Below are positions 1 to 11,005 of a stretch of DNA of 32,000 bases, one piece after another. Location: assembly GCF_000014265.1 (NCBI RefSeq), contig NC_008312.1, positions 1,110,001-1,142,000 on the forward strand, read 5' to 3'. How positions within the stretch are numbered: the first letter of the stretch is position 1; the number at the start of each line of letters is the position of its first letter. Position numbers and translations under genes: made by a program. The DNA comes from Trichodesmium erythraeum IMS101. Its GTDB lineage: Bacteria > Cyanobacteriota > Cyanobacteriia > Cyanobacteriales > Microcoleaceae. The notes beneath the pieces were generated by a model. That model made no database searches. It was not told the origin of the DNA and worked only from the letters and a program-made list of their open reading frames with translations.

Positions 1-385
1 AAAGTTGATTAAATATTTGACGAGCTTCTTGTAGTTTTTGGTTAGCTAAATCATAATTCTCGGAAGTAATAGCATTGTCAGCTTCCTTCATTAAACTTTG
101 GCCTCCCTGGAGACTGAGAAGACTATTCTGTGGATCTAAAGGACGAGCATTTTCGGGTTGGGTAGGTTGTATTGGTTGAACTGGAATAGGAGATGATTTT
201 TCTGGGTTTAGTTCAAGTTGGGTAAGTTGTATTGGTTGAACTGGAACAGGAGAAAATTTTTCTGAGTTTACACTTTCTGATGATTGAGCATTAAGTGGTT
301 TTTGTAAAAGTGTGAAAGCTGCCACAATTGGAAGAGTAAAACCCAAGGTGAAGTAAATAAAACGAATATACTTATTAAATAGCAT
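1..385 (-). CDS. hypothetical exported or membrane-anchored protein, N-terminal part only (gene runs off the left window edge)
   Basis: Own minus-strand translation from the ATG (complement of 383-385): MLFNKYIRFIYFTLGFTLPIVAAFTLLQKPLNAQSSE..., open to position 2. The hydrophobic N-terminus looks like a signal peptide or anchor. It is followed by two copies of a P/Q-rich unit (SPxPVQPIQxTQ). It is absent from the ORF track because it is truncated. Confidence 0.5.
   Translation of the reverse strand, partial: MLFNKYIRFIYFTLGFTLPIVAAFTLLQKPLNAQSSESVNSEKFSPVPVQPIQLTQLELNPEKSSPIPVQPIQPTQPENARPLDPQNSLLSLQGGQSLMKEADNAITSENYDLANQKLQEARQIFNQL
157..270. repeat. two tandem copies of a 60-bp unit inside the partial CDS (in frame, 20 aa each)
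   Basis: 161-210 and 221-270 align without gaps with 5 mismatches in 50 nt (ggtaGgttgtattggttgaactggaaTagg... versus ggtaAgttgtattggttgaactggaaCagg...). Confidence 0.85.
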
Positions 386-562
386 GATTATGTTAGTTGA
401 TTTATATAAATAAAAAACTATTTTTCACATATATTATCACTATTTTTAACGGTTACTGAAGCGCGGGTATAATTTTCGTGCTTAGGAATTAGGAAGTAGT
501 TATAATTTATGTCTAGATTATGTAACAGCTATTTGAAAAATATATATTCTATAGTCTATAAG

Positions 563-1246
563 TTATGTTGATAAAAACGATGGTAGTTGCCACAAATGGG
601 GTTGAAATTCTGTGAGGGAATTGAGAATTTGATGAGCAGAATGAAATAAGTTTTTATCCATGTCAGGATCGGGAACAACAACTACAGACATTCTAGCGGC
701 TAAAGCAGCTTCCATACCTGCTAAAGAATCTTCAAATACTAAACATTTTTCTGGAGAAACTTCTAATTTTTGAGCGGCTATTAAGAATATATCTGGGGCT
801 GGTTTTCCATGTTGGATATTGGGGTCATCTCCTACAACAATATAATCAAATAATTGGAACCATTCTTGATGATTTTTTGTTTTTAAATTAAATGGTTCAC
901 GGTAAGAACTGGTGGCTACAGCTTGAGGAATTTTATTTTGAGATAAATGTTGAGTAAGGCTAATTGCACCTGGCATTGGTTTGGCTTGAGGAAAGCGTTT
1001 ATATGTGAGAAGATTTCTTTGCTGAAGATAATTTTCAGGAGTGATAGGTAGTTCTAATAGTTCTACAATTTTTCTGGCAGAATCAATAGATTTTCTGCCG
1101 GTAATTTTACATTTAATATGTTTGTCAAAAGTTTTGCCATAACGGCTTGTTACTTCTTGGTTTACTTGAGCATGAATTGATTCTGTATCTAGAAGTAAAC
1201 CGTCTAAGTCGTAGATAATATGGGTTATTTTTGGGAAATCATTCAT
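563..1246 (-). CDS. HAD-superfamily hydrolase (beta-phosphoglucomutase / sugar-phosphatase-like subfamily IA)
   Basis: 227-aa ORF. It has HAD motif I (IYDLDGLLLDTE) near the N-terminus, motif III Lys (HGKPAPDIF) and motif IV (VFEDSLAGMEAA). Confidence 0.85.
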   Translation of the reverse strand: MNDFPKITHIIYDLDGLLLDTESIHAQVNQEVTSRYGKTFDKHIKCKITGRKSIDSARKIVELLELPITPENYLQQRNLLTYKRFPQAKPMPGAISLTQHLSQNKIPQAVATSSYREPFNLKTKNHQEWFQLFDYIVVGDDPNIQHGKPAPDIFLIAAQKLEVSPEKCLVFEDSLAGMEAALAARMSVVVVPDPDMDKNLFHSAHQILNSLTEFQPHLWQLPSFLST

Positions 1247-1300
1247 ATGAATTTTTTGTCCTAAAAATTGATGGGTTAAAACAACTCAAATTGATACTAT

Positions 1301-1378
1301 CAGGACTTACGTATCCAAACAAGAAACTGAGTTTATTGCCTTGATTATTTTTTTGCCCCAGATGGGTATAAGTCATTT
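1301..1378. repeat. small hairpin-ended dispersed repeat (MITE-like), copy A with a degenerate right arm
   Basis: Left arm is caggacttacg at 1301-1311; right arm is gtataagtcatttg at about 1366-1379. The internal 31 nt (1316-1346) match 26398-26428 with 3 mismatches. Confidence 0.5.
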
Positions 1379-2366
1379 GTCAAATCACATGAAGTCTAAA
1401 AAAATAGCTCTAACTCCTATTCTTTCTAACTCCTGCCTTCTAGTCGCCCATTTTTTTCTCTGTTCAGATAGGATTACTATATTCAGTTAATAAAACTTAG
1501 CATTTTGAGATAAAATATTGTACTTTTTTGAGACTTCACAAGAAGTTCATAGGAATTACTCAATAGTACTAATTGTAGTGGTCATGTCTAAAATAATGAC
1601 ACATTATGAACGATATAAAGTTGTTAGGGAATCAAAAGAAAAAATTCTCAAAATATTCAGGGTAAGCTTTTCAAGGTTTTAGGGTGTTGAAAAAAATAGA
1701 ATCTTTAACTAATAAGGATTTTAGTCTTTTTTTCCTGAATTCCCAAAAAGTCTGATGTATGAATTAGGTTTAGCAATTTTTTTTTCGTACAGCTTGCTTG
1801 TTTGCTTACTATCTGACTGGTACTTGATTTTTATGCAAGTCCCTAAATACCTGGGCAAAATTATTTTTTCTAAGGATGAGCAGGGAGTAAGGATCACTCT
1901 GTCAGAAAGAGTAGAGAATTTGCATTCTCAAATTTGGCGATCGCCGAGCTGTTAACAAATTAGAATTTTCAGTTTCTCTTAAAATAGCTTTAAGAATTCA
2001 GTTCTCATGGAACCTCTGGAAAAATGCTGGGAGAGGGAAGGGCGGGGCAAAGATTTAAGAACCTTTTGTGGAAATGTCTATTTATCAGTTATCAGTCGTC
2101 GTAGAAAGAATTAAAGCGATCGCCTACTATGAGCCAAACTCAACCCATAAATTTATTTGGCACTGTAACAAAATCTTTAATCCAATAAAGTAAGCATTCA
2201 TTAGCATCAAACTCACCTCTTAAATTAGTAATCGCTGCACCTCAATTTGTGTTATAATTTAAGAGAAGTTTATACCCCAAAATAAGGTATTAAGTCTCCT
2301 GCCCTTTTGAGGGGATGAAAAAAATATTCGATTCAGTATTTTAAGGATCTGACAATAGATGTCAGG

Positions 2367-2401
2367 ACTGATGACTGATAATTGATAATTAATAACTAAA
2401 A
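2367..2401. repeat. degenerate heptanucleotide tandem repeat (STRR-like)
   Basis: actgatg actgata attgata attaata actaaaa lies directly upstream of the Dabb gene start. Confidence 0.6.
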
Positions 2402-2417
2402 TGAGGGATTTATTTAG

Positions 2418-2711
2418 ATGATAGTACATATAGTTTTATTTAAATGGAACTCAGATACTTCAACAGAAACTATTGCCTCGGTTATGTCTGCTTTGAGAGG
2501 AATGAAAGGGAAGGTTCCAGAAATAATTGATTTATCTTGTGGGGATAATTTCTCAGAATTGTCTCAAGGATTTCAAAATGGTTTAGTGGTTCAAGTTAAG
2601 GATAAAGCTGCTCTTGATGCTTATGCAAAAAATTCTATTCATCAACAAATTATTCAGACTTTGATTAAGCCAATTTTGGCAGATAAAATTACTATTGATT
2701 ATGAAGTTTAA
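2418..2711 (+). CDS. Dabb family protein (stress-responsive alpha/beta barrel domain)
   Basis: 97-aa ORF. It starts MIVHIVLFKW and has the ~100-aa size and beta-alpha-beta pattern typical of Dabb domains. A GAGGG lies upstream of the ATG. Confidence 0.75.
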   Translation: MIVHIVLFKWNSDTSTETIASVMSALRGMKGKVPEIIDLSCGDNFSELSQGFQNGLVVQVKDKAALDAYAKNSIHQQIIQTLIKPILADKITIDYEV

Positions 2712-3982
2712 TCAAATTACAATTGAGAAAATTATCCCTATATTTTAATAAAAAATTATGATTTTGAAACTTGGCATTAAGCATTCAGCTATCAGTTATT
2801 AACTCATGATCCCAGGAAGTAAGAATTAGTTGCTTAGGATCATAAAAAAATATTAATGAAATTGGTTTTAGCTGACCTTAGTAAATACATTTGCCTCGAC
2901 AAAATTTAGCTTCAAATAATAGTTTAGGAGCTGTGGTAACAAATAGCCATCTGTTTAATATGCTTTAGGGGGGCTTAATTATCAGTTATCTCAAGTCTGC
3001 TTGCTTTAGAGTGTTTAAGAAACTGGGTTTATGGGAGCTAGATTTCATAGCAAATCAAGAAAAAACGTTACAATTTGACTATTTGGTTATTAGTACTCAT
3101 GTATCTGAAACTTTAGGCTTTTAATGTCATTAAAAAAAGTACACAAATTATTACTACTAGAATGTGGGGAAAGGGAATAGATTTAAATTCATAAAACTTG
3201 CTCTTTACCATTCTCAAATATTACTTGACTGAAAGTTTAACTATTCTAAAAATTACTTAGGAAACACTATATTTAAAATATAGAAAAAAGATTATTTAAA
3301 ACTTCAACCTAATCATCCCATGACTATTAGGAAAAATTACGGCATTTCACGTTCAGAAAATAGGTAATTTAACTAGTTTTGTGACTAAAACCATGGAAGC
3401 AAGGATGAACAAAGTCTGTAAATAGTGGAAAGATAGCAGGCGTTTAGACTAGTGAAACTTATCTACATTTTTTGGTAGTCCTGCATAGAGTGACATAGTA
3501 TATGACGATCCTAAAATTCTGGGAAAAAAATAATGTTACTCTTTCATAGAATAATAATGGTATGCAGGAACAAAGAAGGTTTAGGATGGGGACAAGATGC
3601 TTCCACTGCCATACTTGACGACAAAAATAATACAGCTTATTACGTGTAATTGTGATATAATGGTTTCAGTAAATTAACTCAACAAGAATGAAAACTTAAT
3701 CCCATACTTCCCCGAATTATTGAAAAAGCTAGTGCGACTGTACTTTATAAACTAGTAAATGCCCGCTTCAGATTTTACTAGCTTTACAATGCACTTTCAC
3801 TGACTTCAAACTTATTTTTTATGCTTTTCAATACACTTAGATCTGTTCTACCTTCTGTTGTCGTACTAGCTTTTGCCAGTATGATTAAAGCCTAGCAAGT
3901 TTTACTCCTGGGTTCCAGAATTGTTGTAATAGTTAAAAATTCAGTAAAACTTTTTAGATCTTGTTTTTGTCTACATTATCAA

Positions 3983-4073
3983 CAGGACTTACGGAAAGGC
4001 ATCTCTGTATAGTGTGAATATCTGAAAGAATCACCAAAAATATATCATATATAGTGGTGCTGGATAAGTCCTG
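3983..4073. repeat. small hairpin-ended dispersed repeat (MITE-like), copy B
   Basis: caggacttacg at 3983-3993 and gataagtcctg at 4063-4073 are inverted termini about 90 bp apart. Confidence 0.6.
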
Positions 4074-4251
4074 ATCAATTGAATATCAAAGGCTAATAAT
4101 ATAATTTTTGACTTTTGACTTTTAAATGTTGACTTACGCAACTATATAAAGTTCATATTAAAGTTGAGCAACCTCTGACTGAAGCTAAAATAAAATAAAT
4201 CTAAGAAATTCATATCTAAGAAGTAAAGTTCAAATATGAACAACTAGTCTA

Positions 4252-5352
4252 TTGACTGGAGCTACTCAAGATGGAGAAACTACATATATGGTAAATACCC
4301 AAGCTCGGGAAGACCTCCACATTCGTCTGGAGGAAACACAGTTATTGGATCGTGACTGTACTACCTTATCACGTCATGTACTACAGCAACTTCATTTTTC
4401 ACCGGATGCTCAAGATATAAGCTCCTTAATGAATAGAATAGGTTTGGCCGGGAAGTTAATCGCTCGTCGCCTAACTCGTGCTGGGCTATTAGAAGATACT
4501 TTAGGGTTTACTGGCACAGTTAATGTCCAGGGAGAGTCCGTCAAAAAGATGGATATCTATGCCAATGATGTATTTATCTCTGTATTTAAGCAAAGTGGCC
4601 TTGTCTGCCGCTTGGCATCTGAAGAGATGGAAAAACCTTATTATATTCCAGAAAATTGTCCAATTGGCCGCTATACTTTGCTTTATGACCCTCTGGATGG
4701 TTCTTCTAATCTAGATACAAATTTAAATGTGGGATCTATATTCTCAGTTCGCCAACAAGAAGGTAATGATGAAAATGGTTTAGCTCAAGATTTACTTCAA
4801 AATGGACATAAACAAATTGCTGCTGGTTATATTCTATATGGACCGAGCACAATGTTGGTATATTCAATAGGTCAAGGAGTACACGCATTTACTCTAGACC
4901 CGAGCCTAGGTGAGTTTATTCTTGTTAATGAGAATATTAAAATTCCAGAACATGGTCCGGTCTACAGTGTGAATGAGGGTAACTTTTGGCAGTGGGATGA
5001 TAGTATGCGGGATTATATCCGCTATGTTCATCGCCATGAGGGTTATACTGCTCGTTATGGTGGCGCATTAGTGGGAGATTTCCATAGAATTTTATATCAA
5101 GGTGGGGTATTTTTGTACCCAGGTACAGTTAAAAAGCCAGAAGGAAAATTACGTCTGTTATATGAATCAGCTCCAATGGGTTATCTAGTGGAACAAGCAG
5201 GTGGGAGAGCTAGCACAGGAACTGAAGAAATATTAGATGTAGTAGCAGATCAACTGCATCAACGGACGCCATTGATTATTGGTAGTAAGGAAGATGTGGC
5301 GCTTGTTGAGTCTTTTATTAAAGAACAAAAACGCATTTCTAATCAAGGTTAA
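4252..5352 (+). CDS. fbp: fructose-1,6-bisphosphatase class 1
   Basis: Class I FBPase signatures are present: [37 protein letters not shown] and GGVFLYPG. The track start at 4252 is a TTG; the ATG at 4288 (MVNTQARE...) is a more likely start. Confidence 0.93.
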   Translation: MTGATQDGETTYMVNTQAREDLHIRLEETQLLDRDCTTLSRHVLQQLHFSPDAQDISSLMNRIGLAGKLIARRLTRAGLLEDTLGFTGTVNVQGESVKKMDIYANDVFISVFKQSGLVCRLASEEMEKPYYIPENCPIGRYTLLYDPLDGSSNLDTNLNVGSIFSVRQQEGNDENGLAQDLLQNGHKQIAAGYILYGPSTMLVYSIGQGVHAFTLDPSLGEFILVNENIKIPEHGPVYSVNEGNFWQWDDSMRDYIRYVHRHEGYTARYGGALVGDFHRILYQGGVFLYPGTVKKPEGKLRLLYESAPMGYLVEQAGGRASTGTEEILDVVADQLHQRTPLIIGSKEDVALVESFIKEQKRISNQG

Positions 5353-5423
5353 TAGCTTGAATTAGGTTATAGATTGAAAGTTGTTGTCAGCATAAATTGT
5401 GATTGCACATAGACTTTACTACT

Positions 5424-5488
5424 CTTAAGAATAATAGTAAATAAATTTTGAATATCTGCTGAAGCAGATAATATTTGTTATTCTTAAG
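5424..5488 (+). other. long imperfect hairpin in the fbp-tal spacer
   Basis: cttaagaataa (5424-5434) pairs with ttattcttaag (5478-5488). An inner stem tatctgc (5453-5459) pairs with gcagata (5464-5470) around a tgaa loop. It could be an attenuator or RNA processing site. Confidence 0.4.
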
Positions 5489-5548
5489 AAGTATCTAAAA
5501 GTACAAAAAACTCCGAAAAAACATAGTACAAATTAAGTTAATATAGCT

Positions 5549-6691
5549 ATGGTAACTAATCATTTGCTGGAAATCGAAAACCTAGGACAGAGTATCTGGA
5601 TGGATAATCTGAGTCGCAATATAATTGAGTCTGGAGAACTCAAGAGCATGATTGGCAAGAAAGGAATTCGTGGCATTACTTCTAATCCTGCGATCTTTGA
5701 AAAGGCGATCGCTGGTAATGCTATCTATGATGCAGATATTGAAGCTGGCATCAAGGCTAGTAAGTCAGTGATTGAAATATACGAATCTCTTGTGTTTAAG
5801 GATATTCGTGATGCTTGTGATATATTTATGCCAGTGTATGAAGAGACTAAAGGGTTGGATGGTTATATTAGTATAGAGGTACCACCAACTATTGCTAAAG
5901 ATACAGAAAGTACTATCAGCGAAGCAATTCGTTATTACACGGCTATCGGTCGCGAAAATCTAATGATTAAAATTCCTGGTACTCCAGAAGGTTTACCAGC
6001 TGTGACGCGAGTGATTAGTGAGGGGATAAATGTAAATGTCACTTTACTGTTCTCTGTAGAAAGCTATATAAATACAGCTTGGGCTTATATTGAAGGTTTA
6101 GAAGCTAGAGCTGCTAAAGGAGAGGATATTGATAAGATAGCTTCTGTGGCAAGTTTTTTTCTAAGTCGCATTGATAGTAATATTGATGGTTTAATTGATG
6201 AAAAACTCAAGAAGGTAACAGATGAAACTGTTAAAGCAAAATTAGAAGCAGTTAAAGGAAAAGTAGCGATCGCTAATGCTAAAATCGCTTATCAAGAATA
6301 CAAAAAAATTATTCAAAGCGATCGCTGGAAAGCTTTATCAGCAAAAGGAGCAAAAGAGCAAAGACTTTTATGGGCAAGCACTAGCACCAAAAATCCAGCC
6401 TACAGTGATGTCATGTATGTTGACGAATTAATTGGACCTAACACAGTCAATACCTTGCCCCCCCCAACGATAGATGCTTGTGCTGACCATTGTGATGTTG
6501 ACAACCGAGTTGAGACCAACATTGAAGTGACAAAGGAGGTTATGGAGAATCTCAAAGATCCTGATATTAATATTAACATTGATCAAGTAATGGAGCAACT
6601 CCTAGTAGAAGGAATTGATAAATTTATCAAACCCTTTACTTCTCTAATCAATTCCTTAGAAGAAAAAGTTAAAAAATTAACGCCTGTTTGA
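5549..6691 (+). CDS. tal: transaldolase
   Basis: 380-aa ORF with QSIWMDNLSR, GITSNPAIFEKAI, the catalytic-Lys region NLMIKIPGT, and FFLSRID. Confidence 0.93.
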   Translation: MVTNHLLEIENLGQSIWMDNLSRNIIESGELKSMIGKKGIRGITSNPAIFEKAIAGNAIYDADIEAGIKASKSVIEIYESLVFKDIRDACDIFMPVYEETKGLDGYISIEVPPTIAKDTESTISEAIRYYTAIGRENLMIKIPGTPEGLPAVTRVISEGINVNVTLLFSVESYINTAWAYIEGLEARAAKGEDIDKIASVASFFLSRIDSNIDGLIDEKLKKVTDETVKAKLEAVKGKVAIANAKIAYQEYKKIIQSDRWKALSAKGAKEQRLLWASTSTKNPAYSDVMYVDELIGPNTVNTLPPPTIDACADHCDVDNRVETNIEVTKEVMENLKDPDININIDQVMEQLLVEGIDKFIKPFTSLINSLEEKVKKLTPV

Positions 6692-6707
6692 CTTTAAAAG
6701 AACTTGA

Positions 6708-6750
6708 TATCATCAGTCATCGAAAAAAAGTTATACTTTGACTGATGATA
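6708..6750 (+). other. perfect 12-bp stem hairpin 17 nt downstream of the tal stop
   Basis: tatcatcagtca (6708-6719) and tgactgatgata (6739-6750) are exact reverse complements with a 19-nt loop. No T-tract follows, so it is not a classical terminator. Confidence 0.4.
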
Positions 6751-7040
6751 AAAATAGGAATTAATGTAGTTAAAGATGCTGAATTATTGAATAATTCAAC
6801 ATAGGATAAATCATAGTAAATAAATAAATAGCTAAATTTTCAGACAGCAGATGCCAAGTTATCTGAGGTAATGTTCAATCCTCAAGTGTGCGAGAATATA
6901 GCTTTAGTGTGGTGATTATGACTGCTAGCACCCCACAGAGATAAAATTCGTTGCTATAAATCAAAAAAAAAGATACTTGGGCAAAAACAAAAGAGCTTCT
7001 ATAGTAATCAATAGTAATCAATTAGAAGGAGTCAATATAG

Positions 7041-8570
7041 ATGGTAGCAGTATTAGAAAATCCTCTGCGAGTTGGACTACAACAAGACCGGGTTCCAGAA
7101 CCACAAATTATGATTATTTTTGGTGCATCCGGTGATCTAACCCAGAGAAAACTTGTTCCAGCATTATATCAAATGAAGCTAGAACGGAGACTTCCTCCTG
7201 AACTAACAATAGTGGGAGTTGCTCGCAGAGAATGGAGCCATGATTACTTCCGCGAACAAATGAAGATAGGTGTAGAAGAATTTGGTGGTGGCTTACAATC
7301 TGAAGAACTGTGGAATGATTTTGCTAAGGGGATTTTTTACTGCCCTGGTAATATAGATCAACCAGAAGATTATCAAAGACTCAAAAAACTTTTGAGTCAA
7401 TTGGACGAAGAGAGAGGTACGCGAGGTAATCGCGTATTTTACTTGTCTGTAGCTCCCCGATACTTTGGAGAAGCAACCCAACAGTTAGGGGCAGCAGGAA
7501 TGTTAGTTGATCCTAAAAAGCAAAGATTAGTAATTGAAAAACCCTTTGGTAGAGACCTCAGTTCAGCTCAGGTACTCAATAAAATTGTGCGTCAAGTTTG
7601 CCCCGAAGAGCAAATATACCGTATTGACCATTATCTAGGGAAAGAAACTGTTCAAAACTTAATGGTATTTAGATTTGCAAATGCTATTTTTGAACCTCTG
7701 TGGAACCGTCAATTTGTTGATAATGTCCAAATCACTGTTGCAGAAACGGTAGGGTTAGAAGGACGTGCTGGATATTATGAAACATCAGGTGCATTGCGGG
7801 ACATGGTACAAAACCACCTGATGCAGCTATTCTCCCTGACAGCAATGGAACCTCCTAATTCTTTAGATGCTGACAGTATTCGCAATGAAAAAGTAAAAGT
7901 AGTTCAGGCAACCCGCCTAGCAAATTTAGAGCGTTTAGAATATTCAGCAATTCGTGGTCAGTATACACAGGGTTGGATGAAAGGTAAAAGTGTACCAGCT
8001 TATCGGGAAGAGGGAGGAGCAAATCCTAACTCTACAACACCTACGTATGCAGCACTGAAACTCAATATTGATAATTGGCGCTGGAAAGGGGTACCATTTT
8101 ATTTGCGGACTGGCAAGCGAATGCCAAAAAAAGTCTCAGAAATTGCTATTCAGTTTAAAGAAGTACCGTTTCTGATGTTTCAGTCAGCGGCAAAACAAGC
8201 GAATCCTAATGTCTTGGCTTTACGCATCCAGCCTAATGAAGGGGTATCAATGCGTTTTGAAGTCAAAACACCAGGTAGTTCCCTGCGAACTCGCTCAGTA
8301 GATATGGATTTTCGTTACGATACTGCTTTTGGTAAGCCTAGTACAGATGCTTACAGTCGTTTGTTGGTTGACTGTATGTTAGGAGACCAAACCTTATTTA
8401 CTCGTGGCGATGAAGTAGAAGCATCTTGGCGAGCATTAACACCAATACTTAGCATCTGGGATGCTCCTGCTCCACCAGAAGTCATACCTTTGTATGAAGC
8501 AGGCACCTGGGGGCCAGTTGAGGCTGAACTGTTGCTCAACCAAGATGGTCGTCGTTGGCGCCGACTTTGA
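7041..8570 (+). CDS. zwf: glucose-6-phosphate 1-dehydrogenase
   Basis: 509-aa ORF with the NADP site [17 protein letters not shown], and the active-site motif [14 protein letters not shown] lies upstream of the ATG. Confidence 0.96.
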   Translation: MVAVLENPLRVGLQQDRVPEPQIMIIFGASGDLTQRKLVPALYQMKLERRLPPELTIVGVARREWSHDYFREQMKIGVEEFGGGLQSEELWNDFAKGIFYCPGNIDQPEDYQRLKKLLSQLDEERGTRGNRVFYLSVAPRYFGEATQQLGAAGMLVDPKKQRLVIEKPFGRDLSSAQVLNKIVRQVCPEEQIYRIDHYLGKETVQNLMVFRFANAIFEPLWNRQFVDNVQITVAETVGLEGRAGYYETSGALRDMVQNHLMQLFSLTAMEPPNSLDADSIRNEKVKVVQATRLANLERLEYSAIRGQYTQGWMKGKSVPAYREEGGANPNSTTPTYAALKLNIDNWRWKGVPFYLRTGKRMPKKVSEIAIQFKEVPFLMFQSAAKQANPNVLALRIQPNEGVSMRFEVKTPGSSLRTRSVDMDFRYDTAFGKPSTDAYSRLLVDCMLGDQTLFTRGDEVEASWRALTPILSIWDAPAPPEVIPLYEAGTWGPVEAELLLNQDGRRWRRL

Positions 8571-8944
8571 ATTAATTATCATTGATCCGGTTTTTACAGT
8601 AATGTCAAATAGGTTCGCTTATCCAAGGCTAACTACTGAAGTCAAAGTTGAACATTCTGCAAAAAAGACCTTTCTACGGTGAGGCACACCGAAAGTAATG
8701 CTTGGGGAGACACACCCTCTAGTTGTGTTGGAGAAATCTTACATGATTGTGTTTGGTGAGTCATTGAACCAAGAATTCCCGTTGCGAAGAGCGTGGGGAG
8801 TGTCAAATTAGAAGTGTTATAACCGGTTCAAGTTTTTACTTAAGAATTTCAAATTTTGTAGAAATTTTTTTAGGAAAAAGAAGCCGAAACAAACACCCGG
8901 TTTAACGCAAGCACCACAAAAGAACTAAGCATTTACGAAAAAAA

Positions 8945-10267
8945 ATGAGTACAACACTTGTTGCCTTACAACAACCAAAAGATATCTCTCTGGGTGAAAT
9001 TGAAGCAGAACTGAATAAAATCTGGCTCAGTCAAGGTGGAGGCAAGGCAACTCCAATTGCTACCAGAGCAGCAACTTTTAGTATGGTCATATATGAACCC
9101 GAAGAATTCCAGCAACTTTTAGCCGGTTTAGGATTCTATAAGGGTGAAATAGATGGTGTGAACGGAATAGTAGCTCGTGAAGCTATTAAGGAAGCTCAAA
9201 AAGCCTATAATTTACCAATCACAGGTAGAGTAGACTCTGAAACTCTTGCGAAGTTACGCTCAGAGTGGGCTACAAAGTCACTAGAAAATAGACAATTCCC
9301 TAATATAGATGTCAGGGGTTCTAGTGTTAGCGAAGTGATTGCAGCTCAAAATCCTTGTCGGGTTATTACGTTGTGTCCTACTTTCGGAGAAGATACAGGA
9401 GTAACAGCTCAAGTTTCTGCTTACTGCCCAGTTCAGAAAAAGCAGTCTTCACTAATTTGTTGTGAATATATTACCCTACATGGAACTAGAGAAGCACTGG
9501 AACGGGTGAGTGATGTAGTTACATCGTTAATGATTCCTGATCTACCAAAGTTTGTTTGGTGGAAGGCAACTCCCAACCGAGAACAGGAGCTTTTCCGTCG
9601 CCTATGCAAAACTAGCAACTGTATTATTCTAGATTCTTCTTATTTTAGTGATCCAGAATCAGAATTTCTCAAAATGCTGGAGTTGATTGAAAATAAAACC
9701 TATATTGCTGACTTAAATTGGCATCGTCTTTCTGCATGGCAAGAGTTAACTGCTGCCACTTTTGACCCGCCAGAGCGTCGTGCTTCTTTAGGTGAAATTG
9801 ATACTATTACTCTTGATTATGAGAAAGGTAATGTATCTCAAGCGTTAATGTTTTTGGGCTGGTTTGCTAGTCGTCTTGATTGGCAACCTACAACTTATAC
9901 TGAAACTGGTGGTGATTATGACATCATTCATATTAAGTTTATTGGTCCTAACAATAAAGAGATTTTAGCAGAGTTGGCAGCAATTTCTACTACTGACTAT
10001 GGTGAAATACCTGGAGATTTAGTGGGCTTGCGTTTGGATTCTAGTAATCCTAGTGCAGATTGTTGTACTATTTTGTGTTCTGAAACTACTGGTTGTATGC
10101 GATTAGAGGCTGGTGGTAGTGCTCAATCTTGTCGTACAGAGCAAGTCAGTGCTTTAAGCGATCAGAAGGCGGAATATTTGATGGCTCAACAGTTACAACG
10201 TTGGGGACGAGAGGTTTTGTATGAAGATAGTTTAGCTGTAACTGTTGAAATTCTCAAATTGCGTTAA
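8945..10267 (+). CDS. opcA: glucose-6-phosphate dehydrogenase assembly/activator protein OpcA
   Basis: 440-aa ORF directly downstream of zwf, as in the described Nostoc/Anabaena fbp-tal-zwf-opcA operon. The N-terminus (LQQPKDISLGEIEAELNKIW ... ATRAATFSMVIYEPEE) fits OpcA as I remember it. Confidence 0.85.
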   Translation: MSTTLVALQQPKDISLGEIEAELNKIWLSQGGGKATPIATRAATFSMVIYEPEEFQQLLAGLGFYKGEIDGVNGIVAREAIKEAQKAYNLPITGRVDSETLAKLRSEWATKSLENRQFPNIDVRGSSVSEVIAAQNPCRVITLCPTFGEDTGVTAQVSAYCPVQKKQSSLICCEYITLHGTREALERVSDVVTSLMIPDLPKFVWWKATPNREQELFRRLCKTSNCIILDSSYFSDPESEFLKMLELIENKTYIADLNWHRLSAWQELTAATFDPPERRASLGEIDTITLDYEKGNVSQALMFLGWFASRLDWQPTTYTETGGDYDIIHIKFIGPNNKEILAELAAISTTDYGEIPGDLVGLRLDSSNPSADCCTILCSETTGCMRLEAGGSAQSCRTEQVSALSDQKAEYLMAQQLQRWGREVLYEDSLAVTVEILKLR

Positions 10268-10316
10268 TTTTGGCAAGACAAAATATCTAGTAAAATGAAT
10301 ATTTTCTAGGAAAAAA

Positions 10317-10356
10317 ATGTAGATATGTTTCATAAAACATATCTACATTTTTGTTT
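10317..10356 (+). terminator. rho-independent terminator of the fbp-tal-zwf-opcA operon
   Basis: The perfect 14-bp stem atgtagatatgttt (10317-10330) pairs with aaacatatctacat (10335-10348) around the loop cata. It is followed by ttttgttt and preceded by an A-run, so it may be bidirectional. Confidence 0.85.
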
Positions 10357-11005
10357 GATTGCTGGGTCTTTTAACTGGCTATCAGCTTTTAGTATTTATA
10401 TAGAATCTGGTTATATGGCGTTGCATTACTGCAGGATGATTTCTAATTAAGAAGAAAATTGTAATTTATGTGTTCAAAAAGAATTTATCACCGTTTAACT
10501 CCAAGCCAATGACTCTAAATACTCCTTCTTAAGCGATCGCTCCCTAATATTAGTTTTATAAATATTTGCTACCATTTATTGAGTAAGGGAGTAGGGAAGT
10601 AATATCATGCCTGGTAGCATCGTTGGTGAACAGATATGAGCTATATTGCTATGCCACGCTACTCTTCAAGCTTGTGATAAATTATTAGTAGACTACTAAG
10701 GAAAATAGGTGATATCTTGAATAAGTGAGCGCTATTTCATTATAGCAAGACTTGGATTTTGATTTTAACTTTGATTTGGACTTACTTATCTCTGAACTTG
10801 AGTTTTGGTTTCTTGTGCTTCTCACAGGTATATCGTACCCTAATTTCTCTTTTTTGTACAACAAAGCCCTTCATCAATTATCGGCCAGAGTCGTTTGGTT
10901 GTTTCTAGTTCTGGTGTATGAGCTGGTAAGAACCCCAAGCAGATATCTCCAGAATAAAAATTTAGGTAAAACCATAGAACGAAACCATGCACATCATGTC
11001 TGCAC

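Noticed and set aside
4252-4287. TTG at 4252 as the fbp start codon.
   Set aside because: The ATG at 4288 gives a conventional N-terminus. The 12 extra residues have no counterpart that I recognise in class I FBPases. I kept the track coordinates and flagged the alternative.
7293-7481. Short ORFs overlapping or antisense to well-supported genes or pseudogenes: 4523..4714, 7293..7481, 8351..8539, 8461..8682, 9433..9618, 15607..15930, 17386..17583, 19357..19587, 22520..22756 and 23309..23536.
   Set aside because: Each lies inside or against a longer ORF with clear family motifs. None has a recognisable domain, and their composition looks like a translated off-frame. I treat them as shadow ORFs.
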